This document shows positions 19,619 to 28,714 of a DNA stretch of 43,818 nucleotides, one piece after another (the first letter of the stretch is position 1; every line of letters begins with the position of its first letter). Origin of the DNA: Candidatus Aminicenantales bacterium. GTDB lineage: Bacteria; Acidobacteriota; Aminicenantia; Aminicenantales; UBA4085. The notes below the pieces were generated by a model. The model was given only the letters and a program-made list of their open reading frames with translations, was not told the origin of the DNA and did no database searches. The stretch is from positions 62,001 through 105,818 of the forward strand of contig JBEKTZ010000013.1 in assembly GCA_049515535.1 (NCBI GenBank), written 5' to 3'. A program made the translations under genes and the position numbers.

Positions 19619-21541
19619 ATGAAACTCTTCGTTCCGGGACGCATTTGCCTCTTCGGCGAGCATTCGGACTGGGCGGGCGGCTACCGCCGCATGAACGCAG
19701 ACATCGAGAAGGGCTATACGCTGATTTGCGGGACGAACCAAGGCCTTTATGCCGAAGTCGAATCCCATCCCAACGCTCTGGTCCTGAGCTCCGTCACGCC
19801 GGCGGGCGAAAAAATCGGCCCCGCCGAAATCCCCATGGAGCTCAACGCGCTCTATAAAGAAGCGCAGAAAGGCGGGTTCTGGAGCTATATATGCGGTGTG
19901 GCCTATCAGGTGCTGACGAATTATCGCGTCCGCGGCCTCGTCATCGACAACTACAAAACCGACCTGCCGATCAAAAAAGGCCTTTCGTCGAGCGCCGCGG
20001 TCTGCGTCCTGACCGTTCGCGCCTTCAATCGCGTCTATGATCTCAAGTTGACGGTGCGCGGCGAAATGGAATTGGCTTACCAGGGCGAGATCACGACGCC
20101 GTCGCGCTGCGGCCGGATGGACCAGGGCTGCGCCTTCGGCAACCGGCCGGTCCTCATGGTTTTTGACGGCGATCGCCTCGACACGAAGGAACTCCAGGCC
20201 GGCCGGGACATGCCTATCGTCATCGTCGATCTCAAAGCGCGGAAAGATACCGTCGAAATCTTGAACCGCCTCAACCGCTGTTATCCCGTCGCCGAGACCG
20301 AGGCCGAGCGCGGCGTTCACGATCTCCTCGGCCCCATCAACAAAAAGGTCGTCCACCAGGCGATCGAAAGCCTCGAAAAGGCCGACGCCGCGTCTTTCGG
20401 CCGACTCATGATCCAAGCCCAGAAAAATTTCGACCGGTACGCCGCGCCGCTTTGTCCGGAAGAGCTGACGGCCCCGGTCCTTCATCGCGTCCTCGGTTAT
20501 GAGCCGCTCGAGCCCCTCGTCTATGGAGGCAAGGGCGTCGGCTCCCAGGGAGACGGAACGGCGCAGCTCCTGGCCAGGAGCCCCGAGGCGCGGGACGAAA
20601 TCATCCGGATCATCGAGAGCGAGCTTCATTTGCCGTGTTACAGGCTCGACCTGTCGACCGGCCCGAAAGTCAGGAAAGCGGTCATCCCGGCCGCCGGGTT
20701 CGGGACCCGGCTTTTCCCGGCGACGAAAGCCGCCAAAAAAGAGCTGTTTCCAATCGTCGACCGCGACGGCATCGCCAAGCCGGCCATCCTCCTGATCGTC
20801 GAAGAGGCCCTCGCCGCGGGCATCGAAGAGGTCGTCATCATCGTCCAGGAGCACGACCTCAGGGATTTTCAGGCGCTCTTCAATGAGCGGATCACGATCG
20901 AGAACTTCAACAAGCTGTCGCGCCCTTTTCAGGAATACGCGGAGCGCATTCTGGATATGGGGCGGCGGGTGAAGTTCGCCGTCCAAACGACGCAGGAAGG
21001 ATTCGGCCACGCCGTTCATGCGGCCCGGACCGCCGTCGGCGACGAACCGTTCTTGCTGATGCTCGGCGACCACATCTACCGCTCGGATGGACCGCGGTCC
21101 TGCGCCGCTCAATTGCTCGCGGCCTTCCAAAAATACGGCGTCAGCATCCTCGGCGTCCGCCGAACCCCGGAAGAGGCCATCGCGAATTTCGGCACCGTCA
21201 CCGGCGTTTGGACAGAGGAACTCCATCTCCTCAACGTCAACGAATTTGCCGAGAAGCCGACGATCGATTACGCGCGCACGAACCTGCGCGTTCCCGGGCT
21301 GCCCGAGGGAGAATATCTGACGGTCTTCGGCCAGTACGTCATCAAGCCGGAGATTTTCGAAATCCTGGCCGAGAACATCGCCAACAATGTCCGCGAGCGC
21401 GGGGAGTTCCAATTGACGAGCGCCCTCGACCGCCTGCGCCGGACCGACGGGTTCATGGGCCTGGTCATGGACGGGACGCGTTTCGATATCGGCCTGCCGG
21501 ATTCTTACCTGGAAACCCTTCAGGCCTTCAGGAAGACTTGA
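19619..21541 (+). CDS. Fusion of a GHMP sugar kinase (N) and a GalU-like nucleotidyltransferase (C)
   Basis: PGRICLFGEHSD and PIKKGLSSSAA (GHMP motifs), then KAVIPAAGFGTRLFPATK, GFGHAV, LGDH, GEFQLT. Confidence 0.88.
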   Translation: MKLFVPGRICLFGEHSDWAGGYRRMNADIEKGYTLICGTNQGLYAEVESHPNALVLSSVTPAGEKIGPAEIPMELNALYKEAQKGGFWSYICGVAYQVLTNYRVRGLVIDNYKTDLPIKKGLSSSAAVCVLTVRAFNRVYDLKLTVRGEMELAYQGEITTPSRCGRMDQGCAFGNRPVLMVFDGDRLDTKELQAGRDMPIVIVDLKARKDTVEILNRLNRCYPVAETEAERGVHDLLGPINKKVVHQAIESLEKADAASFGRLMIQAQKNFDRYAAPLCPEELTAPVLHRVLGYEPLEPLVYGGKGVGSQGDGTAQLLARSPEARDEIIRIIESELHLPCYRLDLSTGPKVRKAVIPAAGFGTRLFPATKAAKKELFPIVDRDGIAKPAILLIVEEALAAGIEEVVIIVQEHDLRDFQALFNERITIENFNKLSRPFQEYAERILDMGRRVKFAVQTTQEGFGHAVHAARTAVGDEPFLLMLGDHIYRSDGPRSCAAQLLAAFQKYGVSILGVRRTPEEAIANFGTVTGVWTEELHLLNVNEFAEKPTIDYARTNLRVPGLPEGEYLTVFGQYVIKPEIFEILAENIANNVRERGEFQLTSALDRLRRTDGFMGLVMDGTRFDIGLPDSYLETLQAFRKT

Positions 21542-21712
21542 CGAGCGGTTGATATGCCCCGTGGCTTGCCACGGGGAACCGCTCGTAGAGGGATCCAAGG
21601 GGGAGCCGCCCCCTTGGTCGCAGTCCTATGCGGAGCATAGGGCGAGAAGGGGAGGCAGGGCTGCCGGGTCTTCCCGGCGCCCGTTGGAAGGGGTCTTCCC
21701 CTCCAAGTTGAA
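21538..21712 (+). repeat. Family B multi-hairpin element, copy B1 (about 175 bp)
   Basis: TTGACGAGCGGTT...CCAAGGGGGAGCCGCCCCCTTGG...CCAAGTTGAA; five hairpins; recurs at 26370 and 43664. Confidence 0.95.
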
Positions 21713-21720
21713 AGCCGGGC

Positions 21721-22734
21721 CTATTTTTTTTCGTTTTCTCTTTCGAGCGCCTTGATCAATTCCTCGGGCGAACAAACGGCCGTGCCGATCTTGCCGACCA
21801 CGACGCCCGCGGCCGCGTTGGCCATGGCCGCCGCTTCCCGGATCGTCGCTCCCGAGACGAGGGCCAGCGCCGCCGTGGCGATGACGGTGTCGCCCGCGCC
21901 CGTGACGTCGAAGACCTCGCGGGCGAGGGTCGGGATGTGGAGGGGCTTTTTGCCCTTCTCGAAAATGGACATGCCCTGCTCGCCGCGTTTGATGATGAGG
22001 TAGCGGCTCTTCGTCCGGGCCAGAATCTCGCGTCCCGCGCGCTCGATGTCCGTATCCGAATGGCACGGATGCAGGACGATGAGTTCGGCCTCGTGGTGGT
22101 TGGGCGAGATGAAGGTCACGGGCGAGTAGAAGGCGAAATTCTCGACTTTCGGATCGACGAAGACCGGGATTTTCCGCGCCCGGGCGAACGGCAGGACGCG
22201 CTCCATCAGGGTCCGCGTCACGATGCCCTTGTTGTAATCCGAGACGACGATCCCGTCGAAATTCTCCTTCTCGATGAAGCGGACGATCCGGTCCTCGATC
22301 CCAGGGGAGACGGGTTTCTTCTTCTCCTGGTCCACGCGGACGACCTGCTGGTGATGGGCGATGATGCGCATCTTGACCGTCGTCGGCCGCGCGGCGTCGA
22401 CGAAGATCCCGCGGTTTTCTCCGGCGCGCCGCTTGATCCAGGCTCCTTCATCGTCGGCGCCCACGATCCCCACGAGCAGGGGGGACGCGCCCAGGCTTTC
22501 GAGATTCTGGCCGACGTTCCCGGCGCCGCCCAGGCAGGACGTGCTCTTGCGGACTTCGACGACGGGGACGGGGGCCTCCGGCGATATGCGCGAAACGTCG
22601 CCCCAGATATATCGGTCGAGCATGAGATCGCCGAGGACGATCATTCGCCGGCCCTTGAATTTACGGATCAGGCGCCGCGTTTTTTGCGTATCCATTGAGA
22701 GCGTGGCCATCGGCTTTCCTTTTGATAAGTTCAT
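21721..22734 (-). CDS. rfaE1: D-glycero-beta-D-manno-heptose-7-phosphate kinase (RfaE domain I / HldA)
   Basis: GDLMLDRY, RISPEAPVPVV, GGAGNV, SDYNKG, VFDVTGAGDT. Confidence 0.92.
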   Translation of the reverse strand: MNLSKGKPMATLSMDTQKTRRLIRKFKGRRMIVLGDLMLDRYIWGDVSRISPEAPVPVVEVRKSTSCLGGAGNVGQNLESLGASPLLVGIVGADDEGAWIKRRAGENRGIFVDAARPTTVKMRIIAHHQQVVRVDQEKKKPVSPGIEDRIVRFIEKENFDGIVVSDYNKGIVTRTLMERVLPFARARKIPVFVDPKVENFAFYSPVTFISPNHHEAELIVLHPCHSDTDIERAGREILARTKSRYLIIKRGEQGMSIFEKGKKPLHIPTLAREVFDVTGAGDTVIATAALALVSGATIREAAAMANAAAGVVVGKIGTAVCSPEELIKALERENEKK

Positions 22735-22735
22735 G

Positions 22736-23830
22736 TCAGTGATAAACGGGGTTGGAGATGATCCACGGCACGCCGGGATCGAGGGGCGTCCGTTCGCGGA
22801 GATACACTTCGGCGCGATAGGCGCCGGGCCCGGCGAGCGGCAGCGTCACGTCGTTTTCGCGGGTCCGATGGATAACCTTACCGTCATGAATGATAACCGT
22901 TTCGTGAGCGAAAGAAAAGGGCGCGGTGAGGCGGAGGGAAGCGCCTTCGAGGCCGAACCGGAAGCCGCGCGCGTCGGCGGCGGCGTCCACCGCGCTGTAG
23001 AACCCGCCGCGGCGCAGCGCGTCAAAGAGCTGCCGGCGGGCGGCGTCGAAGTCGGACGAACGGGGCTGATCGAGCAGGACATGCAGGTGAAAAACCTGGA
23101 ATATGGCGCTGTAAAAAAAATGGGCGTCGGTGCTGTAAAAGCCCAGGGCCTGATGGCGGGCGAGAAGCTGATCCCACTTGCGCAGCGCTTTTTCCGGCGG
23201 GACGATCATCTTCATCAGGGCGAACGCCGGCTTGACGGCTAACGCGGGATAATAAGGCAGCGAGTGGAGAATATGGCTCTTGACCATGCTGTCCGCGTCG
23301 AGGATCTCCAACCCCGCGTATTCAAAAATCTGCCCCCAGGACCAGCTTGTTTTTGCATAGGGATGGGCGATGACGGTGAAGCCGCCCAGCGCGGCGACTT
23401 CGCGGGCCGCGGCTTCCGCGTCCGAGGAAATCCTCACCGAGTCGGCGGGCCGGTCGAACCCGAGGGCGACGAGATGTCCGCGGTTGGACGAAATCTCGGA
23501 GCCCGCCAGCACGAGAACTCCGCTCTTCCAGCCCTGGGCGTCGAGGGAACGGAAGTTCGGCTTGCCGTGGTCGGTGAAAATGATGAAGTCCAGGCCGGCG
23601 TCGGCGGCGACCCGGGCGATTTGATCGACGGTCTTCCGGCCGTCCGAGAAGCGCGAATGCATGTGGTAGGCGCCCACATATTCAAAGAGGGAGGGTTTGG
23701 ACGCCTCCGCCAGGGCGGGCAGGGGGGCCGATTGGTAGCGCTTGTAGGCGACGATCTGCCAGCCCATCCAGATCATATAGACGAGCAGCGCAGCCAGGAT
23801 GACGCGGCCGATCGTTTTTCTAATCTTCAT
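22736..23830 (-). CDS. Membrane-anchored PHP-domain metallohydrolase
   Basis: N-terminal TM; HMHSRFSDG, FTDH, IAHP, STDAH metal-binding motifs. Confidence 0.8.
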   Translation of the reverse strand: MKIRKTIGRVILAALLVYMIWMGWQIVAYKRYQSAPLPALAEASKPSLFEYVGAYHMHSRFSDGRKTVDQIARVAADAGLDFIIFTDHGKPNFRSLDAQGWKSGVLVLAGSEISSNRGHLVALGFDRPADSVRISSDAEAAAREVAALGGFTVIAHPYAKTSWSWGQIFEYAGLEILDADSMVKSHILHSLPYYPALAVKPAFALMKMIVPPEKALRKWDQLLARHQALGFYSTDAHFFYSAIFQVFHLHVLLDQPRSSDFDAARRQLFDALRRGGFYSAVDAAADARGFRFGLEGASLRLTAPFSFAHETVIIHDGKVIHRTRENDVTLPLAGPGAYRAEVYLRERTPLDPGVPWIISNPVYH

Positions 23831-25001
23831 TTTTTATTCTCGCCAGGGCGAACGGCATAGTGACGATGAACAGCAGGAGCGTCAAGACTTCCGAATCGCC
23901 GAAGTTGTATTCGAAAAACCCGGCCACGAAGAACGCCGCCAGTGCCGCCAGGGCGCCGGCCGCCGGCGCTCGATAGTCGGCGTCTTTTTCTTTGACCAGT
24001 TTAATCAAGGCGATGAAGGCCATCGCGATAAACGCCAGCCAAGCCAGGAGCGCGGGGATTCCCCGTTCGGCCGCGATCTGAAGGAGATTATTGTGGAGAT
24101 GGACGTTTTTCTTGGCCAGCTCGTCGAGGCCGTACTTGGACTCTTGAAAGACCATGTCCACGGTTTTGGGCCCCGTTCCATGCAGAGGATAGTCCTTGAT
24201 GATCTTGATCCCGGCCCGGAAATATTCGACACGGGCCATGTTGGAGAATTCCGTGCTGCTGAAGATACTCAGCGCGCGGTCTTTGATCGGCCGCGGACTG
24301 GCGAAAAAGACAAGCCCGCCGATGACGGGGACGAGGACGAGCGCTTTGGGCTTCCAGAGGAAAAGGATGACGCACAGCGCCACCGCCAGGCCGATCCATG
24401 CGCTTCGGGTCATGGTCAGGACGAGGGCCACTCCGGAAAGGACGAGAGCGAGGCCCCACAAAATCCTCGTCTTGTCCCGCCGGAAGAAGATCATGCCCAG
24501 GGCGAACGAGCCGAAGAGAACAAGCAGTCCGGCCTGGGTCATGTAGTGGCCCATGAAACCCTTCACCCGCTCGCCGGGATAGGCTTTGAGGAAATAATAG
24601 CCGATGGCGTAAGCGGAGTTGATGAATCCCGAGCCGAGGAGCGCGGCGGACAGGAAGGACATCTCTTTTTTGCGCTTGAGGGCGGTATAAACGATGGGCA
24701 CGAGGAGAAAGAGAACGAGCTTCCGATCGTCCTTGAAGCTGATTCCGGGATTGACCGAGAGCGCGCACGAGAGGAGCGACAGGGCCGCGTAGACGAGGAG
24801 CAGCCAGAAAAAATCGGGGAAAGCGAAGCGGATTTTTTTTTGGCCGAGAAGGACGACCCAGCCGATCAATCCGAGGGCCAAAAAGATCTGGACGACAGAG
24901 ATCGAGATCTGCGAAAAGAGGAGGCCGAGGGCGAGCGAGAGGAGGAGAAGGACTTCCGCCAGGCTTTGGCCGTCGGTGAACGCGCTCAATGAAGATTTCA
25001 T
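23820..25001 (-). CDS. O-antigen ligase (WaaL/Wzy_C) family membrane protein
   Basis: Many TM segments, LTMTRSAWIG, HGTGP, HLHNNLLQIAAERG. Confidence 0.88.
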   Translation of the reverse strand: MKSSLSAFTDGQSLAEVLLLLSLALGLLFSQISISVVQIFLALGLIGWVVLLGQKKIRFAFPDFFWLLLVYAALSLLSCALSVNPGISFKDDRKLVLFLLVPIVYTALKRKKEMSFLSAALLGSGFINSAYAIGYYFLKAYPGERVKGFMGHYMTQAGLLVLFGSFALGMIFFRRDKTRILWGLALVLSGVALVLTMTRSAWIGLAVALCVILFLWKPKALVLVPVIGGLVFFASPRPIKDRALSIFSSTEFSNMARVEYFRAGIKIIKDYPLHGTGPKTVDMVFQESKYGLDELAKKNVHLHNNLLQIAAERGIPALLAWLAFIAMAFIALIKLVKEKDADYRAPAAGALAALAAFFVAGFFEYNFGDSEVLTLLLFIVTMPFALARIKNED

Positions 25002-25014
25002 CCGGGGTATTATA

Positions 25015-26046
25015 TCACAACAAAAACGGCCGGCAGGCCGCAAAAACTTCCTCCGGCGTGATGCCGAGCAGGCAGCGGAAGTCGCCGGTGAGGCATTCCC
25101 GCTGCCGGCACGGCCGGCAGGCGAGGTCTTTTTGGAGCAGGACGGTCCGGCCGCCGTCCTTGCGCCACGGGGCGAAATGAGCGGGCAGCGTCGGGCCGAA
25201 ATATGCCACGATCGGCGTCGGCGTGGAAGCGGCGATGTGCATCGGGCCGCTGTCCGGCCCGACGAAGAGCGCGGCGCGGCCGATCATGACCCTGGTTTCC
25301 GCGAGGTTCAGCCGGCCGGCGAAAGGGACGGCGGCCGCCTTGGCCGTTTTGAGAATTTCGGTTTCGGCCGTTTTATCGCCGTCCGCGCCGATGAGAGCGA
25401 CCCTGACGCCCGTGATGCGCGCCAGAAGATCGATTAGCTTCGCGATATTTCCGGGACCCCAGTCCCGGAACCGGTTGCCGGCGCCGATGTGAAGCGCGAT
25501 GAGCTTCGCCGCCCCGGCGCCGACCTCGCGCAGGAGGCGGCTCACGCGCTCGATTTCCTCAGGTCTCGGCTCCGGGATGAAGAGAGGCGGGATGTCGGCG
25601 TCGTCAAATTTTGCGCCCAGCGCGCGCACGAGATTGGCGTGGTTTATCACGCTGTGGATCGGGCTGTTTTCGCCCCGGCGGGAGATCCGGATATCGTAAA
25701 GGAAACTCTTGTTTTTGACGGCGTAGCCGATTTTGAGCTTCGCTCCGCTCCAGAACGTGATCCAGGACGCCCGGGGCCCGCCGTGAAAATCCAGGATGAC
25801 GTCGTATTTTTCCTTCCGGATTTCGCGGATGAGCCGGACGACGTCCTTGATTTTTTGCTTGGCGGGGATGGCGATGGTCCTCTCGATGCCGGGATTCCCG
25901 TCCACGAGCCGGCGGAAGGGCTCTTCTACGAGATAATGCAGGGAGGCGCCCGGAAAGTGTTTTTTCAGAAGGGCCACGGCGGGCGTCGTCATGACGACGT
26001 CGCCGATGCGCCGGAGGCGGATAAGCAGGATTTTTGCGGGGGTCAA
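25015..26046 (-). CDS. Glycosyltransferase family 9 (heptosyltransferase-like)
   Basis: KILLIRLRRIGDVVMTTP, GPDSGPMHIA, FGPT, CRPC. Start placed at TTG 26046, uncertain by a few codons. Confidence 0.9.
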   Translation of the reverse strand: MTPAKILLIRLRRIGDVVMTTPAVALLKKHFPGASLHYLVEEPFRRLVDGNPGIERTIAIPAKQKIKDVVRLIREIRKEKYDVILDFHGGPRASWITFWSGAKLKIGYAVKNKSFLYDIRISRRGENSPIHSVINHANLVRALGAKFDDADIPPLFIPEPRPEEIERVSRLLREVGAGAAKLIALHIGAGNRFRDWGPGNIAKLIDLLARITGVRVALIGADGDKTAETEILKTAKAAAVPFAGRLNLAETRVMIGRAALFVGPDSGPMHIAASTPTPIVAYFGPTLPAHFAPWRKDGGRTVLLQKDLACRPCRQRECLTGDFRCLLGITPEEVFAACRPFLL

Positions 26047-26054
26047 ACCTGTCG

Positions 26055-26243
26055 TCAGTTCTTGACCGGACGATCGGGCTCGATCGTGGCCTCTTCGATC
26101 AGCATGACGGGGATCTCGTCTTTGATCGCGTAGACGCGGTGGCATTTCACGCATTTCAGGCCTTTCCCGTCCGCGGTGAGCTTGACGTCCGTCTTGCATT
26201 GGGGACAGGCCAGGATTTCGAGAAGCAGGGGATCAAGCGCCAT
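26055..26243 (-). CDS. Trm112/YcaR family protein
   Basis: LLEILACPQCK...CVKC...YAIKDEIPVML; GGAGG RBS. Confidence 0.9.
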   Translation of the reverse strand: MALDPLLLEILACPQCKTDVKLTADGKGLKCVKCHRVYAIKDEIPVMLIEEATIEPDRPVKN

Positions 26244-26369
26244 GTCGGCTCTCCTCCGTCCTATTTCCCTTTTTCCGAAGGGGAAGCATAAGGACGTGAC
26301 TTCGTTTCTCGTGTAGAATATATCACATCCTCCCTCCCGTCAACCCTGGCCGGCGGTTCCCCGGCCGCC

Positions 26370-26553
26370 TTGACGAGCGGCGAATATGCCCCGCAGCTTG
26401 CCGCGGGGAACCACTCGTAGAGGGATCCAAGGGGGAGCCGCCCCCTTGGTCGCAGTCCTATGCGGAGCATAGGGCGAGAAGGGGGGCAGGGCGACCGGGT
26501 CTTCCCGGTGCCCGTTGGAGGGGGAACGCGAAGCGGTCCCCCCCAAAGTTGAC
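26370..26553 (+). repeat. Family B multi-hairpin element, copy B2 (about 184 bp)
   Basis: TTGACGAGCGG...AAAGTTGAC; same core as B1 with a longer last hairpin; lies between divergent genes. Confidence 0.95.
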
Positions 26554-26608
26554 TTCGCCGTTCGTCCCGTGGTAGAACGGGCTTAATTTCAGGATACGAC
26601 AGGTTTCC

Positions 26609-27706
26609 ATGCTCATCACGTTTTTCGGCGCCTACGATCCGGCTTATCCACGGAATGCCGTCATCCGCAAGGGACTGCGATTGAACGGCGTGGACGTGCG
26701 GGAATGCCGCGTGGCGCAGAAATTCAAGTTCTGGGCGCGTTACCCTCTCCTTCTTTGCCGCTGGCGTCGCCTGCCGGATTTTCTTTTCGTCCCAGAGTTC
26801 TGCCAGAAAGACGTGCCGCTCGCCGCGTTCATGGGCTTGCTGACGGCGAGACCCGTGATCTTCGATCCGCTCGCCGCGCGCTACGAGACCAAGATCGTCG
26901 ATTGGAAATGGAAGCCGGCGGACTCGCCCGCGGCGTGGTGGAATAGCCGGATCGACAGGGCGGCGTTTGCCGCGGCCGGGCTCGTCCTGGCCGACACAGA
27001 GGCGCACAAATCCTACTATTGCGAGACGTACGGCTTGAGGCGAGACAAGGTCGAGGTCCTGCCGCTCGGATACGACGACGGGCTTTTCAAACCGAGGGAC
27101 TGGCGCGCGGACGCGGCGGCCGGAAGATCCGGCGGCTCGTTCGAGGTCTTGTTTTACGGGTCGTTCCTGCCGCTCCACGGCGCGGACGCGATCATCGGGG
27201 CGGCCCGAATCCTGGCCGCCAAGGATCCGTCCGTTCGTTTCAAGCTCGTCGGTTCGGGCCGGACGTTGGCCGACGTCCGCGGGGCCGCGGCGGCCGCGGC
27301 GTTGAACAACGTCGAGTTCATCGGATGGATGCCGGCCCGGGAGCTTCCGAAAATCATCGGGGCCGCGGACGTTTGCCTGGGCATTTTCGGGCGCACGGAA
27401 AAGGCCGGGCGCGTCGTCCCGCACAAGATCTTTCAATCCATGGGCATGGGCAAGCCCATCATCACGGCCCGGACGCCGGCCGTCGAGGAATTTTTCGAGC
27501 ACGGGAAAAATATCTATTTCTGCGATGACCCCCTCGCGGAGTCTCTGGCCGAGGCCGTTCTTGCCCTCAAACAGGACGCGACCTTTCGGAACGGCATCGC
27601 CCGGCGCGGGCATGAGTTGGTCACGGAGAACTATTCTCCAAGGGCCATCGGCCGCCGCCTGCTCGAAATATCCGCGAAGCATTTTGGATCGGGACGACGA
27701 CCATGA
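26609..27706 (+). CDS. Glycosyltransferase family 4
   Basis: FYGSFLPLHG, ADVCLGIFG, VVPHKIFQSMGMGKPIIT (GT-B fold). Confidence 0.88.
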   Translation: MLITFFGAYDPAYPRNAVIRKGLRLNGVDVRECRVAQKFKFWARYPLLLCRWRRLPDFLFVPEFCQKDVPLAAFMGLLTARPVIFDPLAARYETKIVDWKWKPADSPAAWWNSRIDRAAFAAAGLVLADTEAHKSYYCETYGLRRDKVEVLPLGYDDGLFKPRDWRADAAAGRSGGSFEVLFYGSFLPLHGADAIIGAARILAAKDPSVRFKLVGSGRTLADVRGAAAAAALNNVEFIGWMPARELPKIIGAADVCLGIFGRTEKAGRVVPHKIFQSMGMGKPIITARTPAVEEFFEHGKNIYFCDDPLAESLAEAVLALKQDATFRNGIARRGHELVTENYSPRAIGRRLLEISAKHFGSGRRP

Positions 27707-28551
27707 CATCGCCGCGCCGCTCCGTTCCCCGCGAGGACGCGCGAATATTGAGCCTGCCGCCTTATAAAGGCGAGATCGCCGCGGCCTATGCGAGGCCCGA
27801 AGTTCTGGCCCTTCTTGCCGATCCGCGAAAGCTCTTGGACGCGCCCGCGGCGGAGATCCTGCTCGATAGCCGGAACCGTGTGGGCGCGGTGACGATCGCG
27901 GTCGGCGCGGCCGCGGCCAAAGAGGTCGTGGTCAAGGAATATTTTTCACGGGGGATCAAGAAGCTCATCAGCTTCTTCGGTCCGTCCAAGGCCGAGAAGG
28001 CATGGCGGGGCGCGCTCGCCCTCAAGGACGCGGGTTTTGAAACGCCTTTCCCCGTCGCCTTTCTCGAAAAACGCGACCGCGGCTTCGTCGACAAAAGCTT
28101 TTTCATCGCCGAGCGGATCATCGGCGCGCGCGAAATCCGGCATCTTTTCAGGGAGCTTTCCGCGGAGGACCTCAGGCCGCTCCTGGCCGCTCTCGCCCGC
28201 GTGCTTTTCCGTCTTCATGAGAAAGGGATCTATCACCTGGATCTCTCGGACGGCAATATCCTCGTCGAAGGCGGGGCCGGCGATGCGCATTTCTATTTTC
28301 TCGACACGAACCGCGTCCGCCGGCGCGGGAAGATCGGCGCGGCGGGCCGGGCGAAGAACCTCGTCCGCCTTGGAGTGCCGGCGGCCCTCCGGATGGATTT
28401 CCTGAATTCGTATGCCGCGGCCGCCGATCGCCCTCTTCGCAAATCCTTCGTCTTCTGGTATAAACTGTCGAAGAGCACGTTCTCGGCCCGGCTCCGGTTC
28501 AAAAAAGCGCTGCGCCTAAGAGCCCTGGCCAAGAAGCTGAAACTGCAATAG
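27703..28551 (+). CDS. Lipopolysaccharide kinase (Kdo/WaaP/InaA family)
   Basis: VVVKEY, LHEKGIYHLDLSDGNIL, FLDTNR kinase motifs; ATGA overlap with GT4. Confidence 0.85.
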   Translation: MTSPRRSVPREDARILSLPPYKGEIAAAYARPEVLALLADPRKLLDAPAAEILLDSRNRVGAVTIAVGAAAAKEVVVKEYFSRGIKKLISFFGPSKAEKAWRGALALKDAGFETPFPVAFLEKRDRGFVDKSFFIAERIIGAREIRHLFRELSAEDLRPLLAALARVLFRLHEKGIYHLDLSDGNILVEGGAGDAHFYFLDTNRVRRRGKIGAAGRAKNLVRLGVPAALRMDFLNSYAAAADRPLRKSFVFWYKLSKSTFSARLRFKKALRLRALAKKLKLQ

Positions 28552-28594
28552 ATTTCCAAGGAGAAGCGCTCGGAATCCCCGGCGGGACTCGTGC

Positions 28595-28701
28595 TCGACG
28601 GCGGCCGGGGCCCCGGGCTTTACCCGGGGGTCCACTTCCGCCGTACTCGCCCGTGGATATAAGCCACGGGCGAGTGGCGAGCCGAAGGCTCGTCCCTTGA
28701 C
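28595..28701 (+). repeat. Family A palindromic element, copy A2 (107 bp)
   Basis: Near-identical to 16731-16837. Confidence 0.95.
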
Positions 28702-28714
28702 CGGCACTGATCGG

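Noticed and set aside
19478..21598. 706-aa minus-strand ORF
   Set aside because: Antisense shadow of the GHMP fusion. Its start MDPSTSGS is translated repeat B and recurs in the ORF 43482-43724.
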